From NCBI GenBank assembly GCA_965204695.1, contig OZ242007.1, forward strand, positions 523,162 through 587,161: 64,000 nucleotides of DNA. The letters are read 5' to 3'. This document shows positions 8,146 through 17,357 of the stretch, piece by piece (the first letter of the stretch is position 1; each line of letters starts with the position of its first letter). Source of the stretch: Arenicellales bacterium (lineage in GTDB: Bacteria; Pseudomonadota; Gammaproteobacteria; Arenicellales; JAHEKD01). The notes under the pieces are model-generated. The model was given only the letters and a program-made list of their open reading frames with translations, was not told the DNA's origin and did no database searches. A program made the position numbers and the translations under genes.

Positions 8146-9339
8146 ATGCAGCCTTTTTCAAACATTAGAGTTATTGATTTAACTCACGTCATTGCAGGAC
8201 CGTTTTGTACCCATCAGCTTGCTGCCTTAGGCGCCGATGTAATTAAAGTTGAGCCGCCTGATAACCCCGATATGCTGCGAGCAAAAACCGACGAATATCC
8301 AGCTGAGGAAAAAGGACTAGGCGCTTTTTTTACTAGTCAGAATGCTAACAAGAGAGCAATTTGTGTTGATCTTAAATCAGAGCAAGGTCAGGAAATCATT
8401 AAAAAGCTCATCGCTACTGCTGATGTCTTGGTTGAGAATTATCGAGTAGGTGCTTTGAGCAAATTAGGCTTAGGATATGATGATGTGGTAAAGATCAAAC
8501 CTGATATCGTTTATTGCTCCTTAACAGGGTTTGGCCAAACCGGCCCACTTAACGAACGCACCGTTTATGACAATGTCATCCAGGCCTATTCCGGTTTGAT
8601 GGCTGCCAATGGTACAGAGGAAACCGCCCCTGTCAAAATCGGCCCACCAATCCTGGATTATGGCACAGGTATTCAGGCTGCTTTTGCAATTTCGGCAGCA
8701 TTGTATCAACGAACTTTTACAGGTGAGGGTCAGTACATTGACATCGCTATGCTGGACTCTGCACTAATGTTAATGAGTTCTAACATCACTCATTATGATC
8801 AGGACGACCAATTATTACCTTTGTCCGGTAACAGCAGTGCATTTAATGCCGGCTATGCCTGCTATCCGACCAGACAAGGACTATTAATGATTGGTGCTTA
8901 TACCTCCGAACAGGTCAAAAACATGTGGATTGTCTTAGGTGATCCTGATCACGCCAAACAGTTTGACGGCATGCAACCACCTGGACTCATTAGTCATCTC
9001 AAATCTGATAGTGCCCGAATCAGCAAAATACTTTTGGAAAAATACGCAGATGAGTGGGAAATCGCATTTAATAAAAATAAGGTTCCTGCTGCCAGAGTTA
9101 GAAACCTCGATGAGGTTCTTGATGATGAACAACTCAAATATCGTAATGTCATTGGAACAACTAGAGATCGAAATGGCGAATCCCGAATTCCACTGGCCTC
9201 CTATAAGTTCAAAATCAACGGCCCTGAATTAAAACGCCGACCACCGATGCTAGGCGAACACACAAAAGAAATTTTAGAAAAACTCGGTTACAGCAATCAA
9301 CAAGTCAAAGAACTAAGTTCTAACAACACGATTAAGTAA
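8146..9339 (+). CDS. Family III (CaiB/BaiF-type) CoA-transferase
   Basis: N-terminus IRVIDLTHVIAGPFCTHQLAALGADVIKVEPP is the family III CoA-transferase signature. Length is 397 aa. Confidence 0.85.
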   Translation: MQPFSNIRVIDLTHVIAGPFCTHQLAALGADVIKVEPPDNPDMLRAKTDEYPAEEKGLGAFFTSQNANKRAICVDLKSEQGQEIIKKLIATADVLVENYRVGALSKLGLGYDDVVKIKPDIVYCSLTGFGQTGPLNERTVYDNVIQAYSGLMAANGTEETAPVKIGPPILDYGTGIQAAFAISAALYQRTFTGEGQYIDIAMLDSALMLMSSNITHYDQDDQLLPLSGNSSAFNAGYACYPTRQGLLMIGAYTSEQVKNMWIVLGDPDHAKQFDGMQPPGLISHLKSDSARISKILLEKYADEWEIAFNKNKVPAARVRNLDEVLDDEQLKYRNVIGTTRDRNGESRIPLASYKFKINGPELKRRPPMLGEHTKEILEKLGYSNQQVKELSSNNTIK

Positions 9340-9557
9340 TGTGGAAAACCTTACTACGGGTTCAATTCATTAAAGCGCAAAGACTGGCGTAGCAAACAAT
9401 AACTTGCTTATAACTTATCAAAAAGCTAGAGCGGCTATAATTTTTTTGTAAATTATTTTTAATTGTTTTTTCACTGAAATTTATAATTGCCATTGATTTT
9501 AACGTCTAAAATTACCGAGTGGCTTTGTGGTTTGAGGAGTTGGACTTCGAAGTAATT

Positions 9558-9584
9558 GCCCGGTCATTACATGACCGGGCTTTT
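9558..9584 (+). terminator. Rho-independent terminator (plus strand)
   Basis: 10-bp stem gcccggtcat / atgaccgggc with loop tac, followed by tttt. It lies about 220 nt downstream of the CoA-transferase stop. Confidence 0.55.
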
Positions 9585-9660
9585 CGAATTATAACTGCGA
9601 GTTAACATTGAGGAAACAAGAACAAGAACCCTTATTACCTCGCTAATTCTTTAAACAAAA

Positions 9661-10596
9661 TCAATTAGTTATAATTGGAACCTGGTAACCATCATAATAC
9701 TCAATGATCTCGATTTGTACTGCAGAACTTGGATAAATAGAATTTATAGTTGCAATATCCGTAGTACTCATACCGCTCCTCTGGCCGATATCACCTAAAC
9801 CAACCCCCGGCATCAGGGGAACAATTGTCGGCTGCCCATTGATAGAAAAAGCATGGCTAGAATAATGCATAATCGATCCGTAATCATAAGATTGAACATC
9901 GCTTGCGCCTATGATTTGTTGGTTAAAATTATGTTCTTTTCCTGGCTCTACGTTTTCTAGTCGAATCTCGACATAACTATTTCTATCCTCACGAGATTGC
10001 TCATGGAACATGCCTAAAGCATGAAGAAATTCATGGACTGTCGACCCAAATCCACAAGCGGAAACAACATTCAGTTCCTGTGATGTTACAAAAACATCTC
10101 TCCTGTCACCAACATAGGAGTAACAGGCAAACGTATCGTCAACGACCCGAACATGATAAGGAGTGGTAGCACTCGCTGGAAGCTCAATAATATCAACGTT
10201 AGTTAAGGCTTCTATATGAGCCACGGCATTTCTAACCATTGTAGCAACATTTGAAGATACATTATCCAGCCGATAGTGCAGAGTATTATCTGGCCATCTG
10301 AATCCATCAATAACCACTCCATTTGTTGCTACGGGAGAATCATCTCTAGGAAGCAGAACAGCAATGTCGCCTTCAACTAACCCGATGCTTCCTATATTTT
10401 CATAAGTAACAACCTTATTGACACCGGGGCCGAGCAGACGCGTTTGCCCTGTACCCAAAGAAGGTAAATTTTGGTTAACTATAATTTCGTTAGCATGTAT
10501 TAAAGTAGTCCCTATGAAAAGATTAAATAAAAACGTGAGGATATAAATAAGATATTTTCTTAAATACGTTAGTTGTGTTTTCAATAATAGGTTCAT
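9661..10596 (-). CDS. Astacin-family (M12A) zinc metalloprotease zymogen, secreted or membrane-anchored
   Basis: Zinc motif HEFLHALGMFHEQSREDR (HExxHxxGxxHE), Met-turn SIMHY, a propeptide Asp-switch-like VEGDI, and RWPDNTLHY near the predicted mature N-terminus. The N-terminus is hydrophobic, consistent with a signal or anchor. Confidence 0.85.
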   Translation of the reverse strand: MNLLLKTQLTYLRKYLIYILTFLFNLFIGTTLIHANEIIVNQNLPSLGTGQTRLLGPGVNKVVTYENIGSIGLVEGDIAVLLPRDDSPVATNGVVIDGFRWPDNTLHYRLDNVSSNVATMVRNAVAHIEALTNVDIIELPASATTPYHVRVVDDTFACYSYVGDRRDVFVTSQELNVVSACGFGSTVHEFLHALGMFHEQSREDRNSYVEIRLENVEPGKEHNFNQQIIGASDVQSYDYGSIMHYSSHAFSINGQPTIVPLMPGVGLGDIGQRSGMSTTDIATINSIYPSSAVQIEIIEYYDGYQVPIITN

Positions 10597-10686
10597 ATTT
10601 TAGCCTTGAGTCTTAAAGTATGTTTGATCAACATAACTTGTCAGTTACAAACACCAATATAGTATTGAGCTATTGAGCAGTTATGC

Positions 10687-11034
10687 TCAACTACTAAGGC
10701 CAATAATATCCCCAACCCATATTAATCCACTGGCGGTTCCGGCATTGCAATTTGTCGTGTTAAGAGAGTTCAGAATGATTTTTACGTTTTTGCCTGAGTG
10801 CAGCGCACTAAGCAAGATTGTAAATCCAGCTTTATATTCTGAATCCAAGGATGGATTGCTGGGAGAAACTGACGCAGTATAAAACTCAACATTGCCAACA
10901 CAGGGATGATTATCCAGCGTAAATCGAATTTGCCCGTAACTTGGATGCACACTTGCGACTGTTGATGTGATTTCTAAAGCAAATGAGAATGATGAAAACA
11001 CCATAGCGCAGATAAATAGACTAAATCTCTTCAT
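10687..11034 (-). CDS. Small secreted protein of unknown function (about 115 aa, 2 Cys in the mature part)
   Basis: The start is set at ATG 11034, giving MKRFSLFICAMVFSSFSFA as a signal peptide. It sits directly upstream of the astacin gene and is co-oriented with it. I recognise no family. Confidence 0.45.
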   Translation of the reverse strand: MKRFSLFICAMVFSSFSFALEITSTVASVHPSYGQIRFTLDNHPCVGNVEFYTASVSPSNPSLDSEYKAGFTILLSALHSGKNVKIILNSLNTTNCNAGTASGLIWVGDIIGLSS

Positions 11035-11372
11035 GATAATTATCCTCAAAAAATAACAACCCCACAGAATACCTAAGCTGAATTCAAATACAAGCAATAT
11101 TTGTTAATGTTAGTCTATAGAACATAAGTTATGGGTTGGGATAGACCTGTTCATGGACTATTTTACCTGGATTGTTGTAACGAGCAATCTTGATTCACTG
11201 TTACCGCTGAAGATGGGCTGACAACATATTGATAATCGAGGGTACATTGCACTACACCACTGTATGATCATATTAGAAAACACCGCAGCATAATGATGGA
11301 GCAAATTCGAAATTCAGACACCTGGCGCCGACAAAAAGAGTGGCTTTATAGTCGCACTGTCTGTGCTTAGAT

Positions 11373-12359
11373 CTATGCCACTACATTAGTCTGATAGTCA
11401 CTAGTTAGAACTTTAAAGTCATCTTTGATCCAGGGGATAAGGTTAATCAGTTCGTTACGACAGGATTTTTGTACCAGGTTGCGGCAAAGTCCACCAAGGT
11501 CTGCGGGCAGTGCGGCAAGTTCATCTCGTCGAGCCCACAGTGAAATGGTTCGATTTACGGTTGGGAATGGAGATGGATAAATGTCGAGCTGGTTTCTAAA
11601 GTGTGGCGTATTGAATAAACAGATTGGTGTTGTTAATGCCCAGCCACCATATTTAGAAATTGTCGCGAAAATCGATCGAGAAGAATCAAATTCGTTTTGA
11701 TAAGGCAAGTTCCAACGGATTCGATTTAGATGTGTTTCGATCATTCGCCCTATTTGCAATCTATAACTATAGCGAATGAGCGGCATGTTGGATAGCTGTT
11801 GCTTTAAATCTTTATTTTTCTTGATTGCATTTTTTGCAGTAACAACGATTAACGGCTCACTGATTACCGGATGACGCTCCAGAATTTCATGATGTAAGTA
11901 ACGATCCGCTGTTACGATTAAATCTACATCACGTTTAATTAAAGCCTGAAAATGTTCTTCAGAGCCCCCTGTCCAAGCGGTGAGTTGACAGCCGGGAAAC
12001 TTATCACCCAAGGCAACCATTAAATCTGGAGTTAACAATACATCCAACCCATCCATGATGGCGAATTTAAGACTAGGTAGCGTCGCCAGTTGTAAGTCCA
12101 TCATTTCAGTACGAACAGCACTAACAGCATCCAGAATTTTATGCGCATGAGGCAAAAACCAGCGCCCCGCTGTAGTCAATGTAATTGGGCGAGCTGACCG
12201 GTCAATCAACTGTGTATTAAGGTTTTTCTCTAGGTTGGAAATATGTTGGGAAACAGTTGAGGGGCTGGCCTTGAGTTTTTCGGCCGCAACAGCCATTGAT
12301 CGTGCTTCGGCGACCAGGACAAAGACGTTTAAAGTTCTGAAGTTGATGTCAAAGGACAT
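11373..12359 (-). CDS. LysR-family transcriptional regulator
   Basis: N-terminal HTH: LNVFVLVAEARSMAVAAEKLKASPSTVSQHISNLEKNL. The 328-aa length is typical of LTTRs. Confidence 0.85.
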   Translation of the reverse strand: MSFDINFRTLNVFVLVAEARSMAVAAEKLKASPSTVSQHISNLEKNLNTQLIDRSARPITLTTAGRWFLPHAHKILDAVSAVRTEMMDLQLATLPSLKFAIMDGLDVLLTPDLMVALGDKFPGCQLTAWTGGSEEHFQALIKRDVDLIVTADRYLHHEILERHPVISEPLIVVTAKNAIKKNKDLKQQLSNMPLIRYSYRLQIGRMIETHLNRIRWNLPYQNEFDSSRSIFATISKYGGWALTTPICLFNTPHFRNQLDIYPSPFPTVNRTISLWARRDELAALPADLGGLCRNLVQKSCRNELINLIPWIKDDFKVLTSDYQTNVVA

Positions 12360-12391
12360 GGTGCTATTTTTTACAGGCTACGATACATAAA

Positions 12392-12439
12392 GGAGATCCT
12401 CGGCAAGCTTTTATGCCCGAATGGGTGCGGAATGACAAG
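12392..12439 (-). repeat. Copy of the dispersed intergenic repeat family
   Basis: The reverse complement reads cttgtcattccgcacccattcgggcataaaagcttgccgaggatctcc. Its first 32 nt are nearly identical to the copy at 22411. Confidence 0.7.
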
Positions 12440-12452
12440 TGGTTGGTAATAA

Positions 12453-13904
12453 CTAATCATTATCTAAAAAATTCATTGGCGCACTGATCAGTTTTTTGAC
12501 CAGAAAAGCATCAATACCTTCCAGGCCACCTTCGTATCCGTAGCCGCTTTCTTTGACACCACCGAAAGGCGTTTCAGGTTGTGCTGGGCTGACTGTGTTG
12601 ATGGCTACAGAACCAGCCTCTAATTCAGCAGCCATCTGTTTTGCTCGTTCTCCTGAGCCAGTAAAAAGATAACAAGCCAAACCATATGGAAGCGCATTGG
12701 CTTTTTTAACTACTTCACTTCGGTCTGAGAATTTTACTAACGGAGCAATTGGACCAAACGGCTCTTCTAACATGATTCGACTATCATCACTCACTTCCTC
12801 CAAAACCGTTGGGCTGACATAATAACCTTGCTCAGGAAGCTCAGGCGCGATATAGGCCACATTCGCACCTTTGCCTATGGCATCATCAAGCAAATAATGC
12901 ATGGCTTTAATGCGGCGCGGATTAGCCATTGGCCCCATGGTTATACCCGAGTTCATACCATCACCGATAACAATTTTTTTAGCCTGTTCAATGAATATTT
13001 TTTGAAATTCATCATAAACATTTTCATGAACAAAAAATCGACTGGGTGCGATACAAACCTGCCCGGCATTACGGAATTTGAAACCTGCCAGTGTTTTTGC
13101 CGCAGTTTCAACGTCAGCATCATCAAAAACGATTGCCGGCGCATGACCGCCTAACTCAAACGTGCAACGTTTTAACCCTTCACTGGCTTGTTGAGCCAAC
13201 AATTTCCCAATCGGCACCGAGCCTGTAAACGTGATTTTACGAATCTGTGGTTTTTGAATTAAGGTTGATGAAATTAAAGCCGGATCACCAAAAACAAGGT
13301 TAACCACACCTGCTGGCAACCCTGCTTCAATCAAGGCTTCGACCAGCAATTGTGCCGAAGCTGGGGTTTCTTCTGCTGCTTTTAAAATAATGCTACACCC
13401 TGCCGCTAAAGCCGGTGCAATCTTCCTGACTGGCAAAATAGCTGGGAAATTCCAAGCTGTTAATGCCAGACATATACCTACTGGCTCAGGTTGACTATAT
13501 TGGACTAGATCTTCTGAACGAGGTGGATAAGTTGTTGATTTTAATTTTGTAGCTGCCTCACCATTCCAGCGCAAAGTTTCGACGACACGCGACCACTCTC
13601 CCTCAGCCTCAATGACAGGCTTGCCCTGCTCTTGTGTCATAATCTTGGCATACTGGCCAAGATTTTCTTCAATAATGTCTGCCGCAGCAAACATTACATC
13701 ATGGCGCTGTTTCAAACTTGAATTGCGCCAGACTTCTAAACCAGCTTGTGCTGCTTTGACAACATCCTCAAGATCCGACTCACGTGCATGAGGCACCTGC
13801 CCCAGTACTTGCTCGGTAGCGGGGTTAATTAAATTTTCGCTTTGGCCTGTCACGCCCGCATCGCGGTGTTCAGCACCAATGATTAACGAAATACGATCAA
13901 ACAT
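12453..13904 (-). CDS. NAD(P)-dependent aldehyde dehydrogenase (succinate-semialdehyde-dehydrogenase-like)
   Basis: Catalytic Glu motif FELGGHAP and catalytic Cys motif NAGQVCIAPSR. Length is 483 aa. Confidence 0.85.
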   Translation of the reverse strand: MFDRISLIIGAEHRDAGVTGQSENLINPATEQVLGQVPHARESDLEDVVKAAQAGLEVWRNSSLKQRHDVMFAAADIIEENLGQYAKIMTQEQGKPVIEAEGEWSRVVETLRWNGEAATKLKSTTYPPRSEDLVQYSQPEPVGICLALTAWNFPAILPVRKIAPALAAGCSIILKAAEETPASAQLLVEALIEAGLPAGVVNLVFGDPALISSTLIQKPQIRKITFTGSVPIGKLLAQQASEGLKRCTFELGGHAPAIVFDDADVETAAKTLAGFKFRNAGQVCIAPSRFFVHENVYDEFQKIFIEQAKKIVIGDGMNSGITMGPMANPRRIKAMHYLLDDAIGKGANVAYIAPELPEQGYYVSPTVLEEVSDDSRIMLEEPFGPIAPLVKFSDRSEVVKKANALPYGLACYLFTGSGERAKQMAAELEAGSVAINTVSPAQPETPFGGVKESGYGYEGGLEGIDAFLVKKLISAPMNFLDND

Positions 13905-13908
13905 GTAG

Positions 13909-15297
13909 TTACCTTTCTATTCCTTTGAAGTGGTTGGTTAGCTCATTAATATTTTTCGTGTTCTCTATATTTTCGAATGCATTAATAAATTTGTCGATAT
14001 TTATTTTACCTCTAACGCATGTTTTAATTTTGTTGCCAAACTGGGTTTGGGTAGCCGGACAACGAGGATCCCCTGTTGGGTATAACCGCTTTAATTCAAA
14101 AATTTCTCCGTGATTCATTTTTACCTTAACACAGGCTGCTTCTGGTGATTCGTCTAGATTGAATAGATTGTCACTAATCTGGTAGCTGATTTTTTCCATA
14201 GCAGCTTGTAAATCTGCGCGATTAAGAGAATCCTGACTAATATGTTCCGGCTTAACGTCATTATCAATTAACACACAGGCTAGGGCATAAGGCAGACTAA
14301 ACATAGCTTGATTTTCATCCTGCGGGTCATCGAACCGCAGGGTTTTTAGCACCATACTTGTTGTCGTGATTGAAACAGATTCAATATCGTTTTGGTCAAT
14401 TTTATTTTGCTGCATAATTCCAATTAAAGCTTCTACTGATGTCTGAGCACAGGAACAAAGCGGAAACAGCTTAATAACTAAACCAGGGTCTATTAAACAC
14501 CATTGTTCTCCAAGTTGCAGAGCTGATTGTCGATTGAATTTTTTCCCGGCTATTAAATTAAACGGTCCTTCAGTACGTTCAAAAACATCAATAGGTACAC
14601 TGGCATCTGACTGAGAAATTTCAACAGCATCAATGGCACGTTTGACCGTTTCACCAACTGCGAGCGGCTTCGCATCCGTACCATGCATACAACGAAGTGG
14701 CGAAATATTCAAAGCAGCAAAAGCGATAGCTCTGGCAATAGTTCGTTCATTTAGCCCCTTGAGTTTAGCCAACGCAGCTGCCGCACCGATCACAGCAAGC
14801 ACACTCGTAGGCCAAAAGTTGTTTTCATAGAGCGATGAACCAACGGCTAAGCCCAGCGCATAAGTGATTTCTGAACCTGCTATAAACGCTACCAATAACT
14901 CTTTGCCAGATTTATTATCAGCCTCGGCATAAGCCAGCACTAAGGGAGCAATAACAACTGTAGCATGGACGATACCGGCATAACAGGTATCGTCCATATC
15001 CAATGCATGTGCTGCCACTGCATTAGCATAAGCCGCTTGTTTTACCGAAAATTGTTCGCCATTAAATAGCGAAGTGTTTTGTTCTTGAGAGTTAAAAAAT
15101 CGCCGCGCCAATACTTCAGCAGTTTTACCCGCTTGAGTTTTGGAACCTGCGACACCTACTGCACTGACATCAAGAAGTGCTTTTTTAGAAATATTACTAA
15201 TAACCCGGGGAAGCTGTGAATATTCCAGGTTGTAGGCCCAGTTTGCTAAATACTGGGCCAATAGTCGATCTTTGCTATGTTGTATAGAGTTACTCAA
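13909..15297 (-). CDS. MmgE/PrpD-family protein (2-methylcitrate dehydratase / cis-aconitate decarboxylase superfamily)
   Basis: 462 aa. The N-terminal region (LAQYLANWAYNLEYSQLPRVISNISKKALLDVSAVGVAG) resembles PrpD-family N-termini. It starts at TTG, 4 nt before the ALDH gene. Confidence 0.65.
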   Translation of the reverse strand: MSNSIQHSKDRLLAQYLANWAYNLEYSQLPRVISNISKKALLDVSAVGVAGSKTQAGKTAEVLARRFFNSQEQNTSLFNGEQFSVKQAAYANAVAAHALDMDDTCYAGIVHATVVIAPLVLAYAEADNKSGKELLVAFIAGSEITYALGLAVGSSLYENNFWPTSVLAVIGAAAALAKLKGLNERTIARAIAFAALNISPLRCMHGTDAKPLAVGETVKRAIDAVEISQSDASVPIDVFERTEGPFNLIAGKKFNRQSALQLGEQWCLIDPGLVIKLFPLCSCAQTSVEALIGIMQQNKIDQNDIESVSITTTSMVLKTLRFDDPQDENQAMFSLPYALACVLIDNDVKPEHISQDSLNRADLQAAMEKISYQISDNLFNLDESPEAACVKVKMNHGEIFELKRLYPTGDPRCPATQTQFGNKIKTCVRGKINIDKFINAFENIENTKNINELTNHFKGIER

Positions 15298-15303
15298 TAT
15301 AAA

Positions 15304-16425
15304 TTAAGAATTGAGTACTTCGCCTAACGCCTCCAAACAAAAGGCTACGTTAGCTTTACTGGCTGCTGCACCCATCAGTCCGATACGCCAGGCTTTACCA
15401 GCCAATGCACCAAGACCTCCACCGATCTCTAGATTATATTCGTTCAATAATCGGCTGCGGACTTGGGCATCATCAACACCTTCAGGAATATGCACTGAAT
15501 TTAATTGCGGTAGACGATAAGGCTTTTCTACCACATACTCAATTCCCATACCTTCAAGGCCTGCACATAATTCTTCATGACATTCCTGGTGGCGTTGCCA
15601 GGTTGTTTCCAGCGTCTCATTTTGTAATAACACCAGTGACTCATGTAAGGCATAAAGCTGATTTACCGGTGCCGTATGATGATAGCTACGCTTAGCGGTG
15701 CCAGACCAATAACTCATGATTAAAGTTTGATCTAAAAACCAGCTTTGCACTCGCATCCCGCGACTGGTGATTTTTTCAACCGCTTTTTCGCTGAAAGAAA
15801 CGGGTGACAATCCCGGAACACAGGATAAACATTTCTGGCTACCAGAATAAATTGCATCAATACCCCAGTCGTCTACATAAAGCGGTACGCCTGCTAGTGA
15901 AGTCACTGCATCGACAATAGTTAAACAGCCGTGTTTTTGCGCTAATTCACAAAGGGTTTTAGCATCTGACAATGCACCGGTTGAGGTTTCAGCGTGGACA
16001 AACGCGAGAATTTTTGCATCTGGGTTTTCTTTTAAAGCGTCTTGTACTTTTTGTGGGTCTACTGGCTTACCCCAATCATCGTAAACCATAACCGCTTCGC
16101 CACCACAGCGCTCGACGTTTTCTTGCATACGGCCACCAAAAACACCATTGCTGCAGACAATCACTTTATCACCATGCTCAATCAGATTAGTAAAACAAGC
16201 TTCCATGCCTGCTGAACCCGGAGCAGAAATCGCACTAGTCATTTGATTAGAGGTCTGAAAACCATACTGCAACAGTGTTTTCACCTCATCCATCATGCTA
16301 ATAAATAATGGATCTAGATGGCCCAAGGTCGGTCTTGATAATGCCTGCAAAACACTCGGATAAACGTCCGAGGGACCGGGCCCCATCAAAGTTCGCTTAG
16401 GAGGATAAAATGACTGAATATTCAT
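15304..16425 (-). CDS. Class V aminotransferase, serine-glyoxylate / alanine-glyoxylate aminotransferase type
   Basis: N-terminus LMGPGPSDVYPSVLQAL and PLP-lysine motif SGSQKCLS. Placing it in the serine-glyoxylate subfamily is supported only by the neighbouring mtkAB/mcl genes. Confidence 0.75.
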   Translation of the reverse strand: MNIQSFYPPKRTLMGPGPSDVYPSVLQALSRPTLGHLDPLFISMMDEVKTLLQYGFQTSNQMTSAISAPGSAGMEACFTNLIEHGDKVIVCSNGVFGGRMQENVERCGGEAVMVYDDWGKPVDPQKVQDALKENPDAKILAFVHAETSTGALSDAKTLCELAQKHGCLTIVDAVTSLAGVPLYVDDWGIDAIYSGSQKCLSCVPGLSPVSFSEKAVEKITSRGMRVQSWFLDQTLIMSYWSGTAKRSYHHTAPVNQLYALHESLVLLQNETLETTWQRHQECHEELCAGLEGMGIEYVVEKPYRLPQLNSVHIPEGVDDAQVRSRLLNEYNLEIGGGLGALAGKAWRIGLMGAAASKANVAFCLEALGEVLNS

Positions 16426-16448
16426 AGGGTTAATTAACCTTTTTAAAC

Positions 16449-17336
16449 TTAAATATCTTTCAATAAACCAGCAACTGTTGATCCAAATGATGATGGATTT
16501 GGCGCAATTTGAGCACCTGCAGAACGCAGAATTTCAGATTTTTCAGAAGCCGATTCACCAAAGGCTGAAACAATTGCACCGGCATGTCCCATCTTGCGAC
16601 CTTTAGGTGCTGATAAACCGGCCACATAAGCTGCTACCGGTTTTTTCATCGTGCTTTGAATATATTCCGCTGCTTCGGCTTCCTGCGGCCCACCGATTTC
16701 ACCAATCATCAACACCGCATCAGTATCGGGATCATTCTCAAAGTGCTCTAAAACATCTTTAAAAGAGCTACCATTAATCGGGTCACCGCCAATTCCAACA
16801 CTGGTTGAAACGCCAATACCTTCTGCTTTCATTTGTTCTGCTGCTTCGTAACCAAGCGTACCCGAACGTGTTACGACACCGACTCTACCCGGTAAATAAA
16901 TATGGCCAGGCATAATCCCTGTCATCGCTTTGCCAGGGCTGATTGTACCGGCACAGTTTGGTCCCGTCAGCATCATTCGATTCTCTGCTTTAAAACGACG
17001 CATAAAACGTTTTGCCCGCATCATATCTTGAGCCGGAATACCATCGGTAATGCACACGCAATATTTAATCCCAGCTTCAGCGGCTTCCATAATTGCATCG
17101 CCAGCAAACGGTGGTGGTACAAAAATAATGCTCGTATCAGCACCAGTTTCCTGCACCGCTTGATCCACTGTATCGAAAACTGGAACGTTGCATTGTTGTG
17201 TACCACCTTTACCTGGTGTGACGCCTGCCACGACATTAGTGCCGTATTCCTGCATTTCTTCGGTATGAAATGCGCCTATACGTCCGGTGATCCCTTGCAC
17301 CAGGACTTTTGAATTTTCATCAATTAAAATTGCCAT
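16449..17336 (-). CDS. mtkB: Malate-CoA ligase (malate thiokinase) alpha subunit, SucD family
   Basis: SucD-family motifs GPNCAGTISPG and MGHAGAIV (phospho-His loop). The Mtk-versus-Suc call is contextual: it lies next to mcl and the glyoxylate aminotransferase, and no sucAB genes are present. Confidence 0.6.
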   Translation of the reverse strand: MAILIDENSKVLVQGITGRIGAFHTEEMQEYGTNVVAGVTPGKGGTQQCNVPVFDTVDQAVQETGADTSIIFVPPPFAGDAIMEAAEAGIKYCVCITDGIPAQDMMRAKRFMRRFKAENRMMLTGPNCAGTISPGKAMTGIMPGHIYLPGRVGVVTRSGTLGYEAAEQMKAEGIGVSTSVGIGGDPINGSSFKDVLEHFENDPDTDAVLMIGEIGGPQEAEAAEYIQSTMKKPVAAYVAGLSAPKGRKMGHAGAIVSAFGESASEKSEILRSAGAQIAPNPSSFGSTVAGLLKDI

Positions 17337-17357
17337 GATAATATTCCTGGTTAAGGG

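Noticed and set aside
9340-11372. The AT-rich pocket holding the astacin and the small secreted protein, considered as a defence or toxin island or a prophage remnant.
   Set aside because: I saw no integrase, no tRNA, no flanking direct repeats, no nuclease, ATPase or toxin-antitoxin-like genes, and only two ORFs. I treated it as a small accessory locus.
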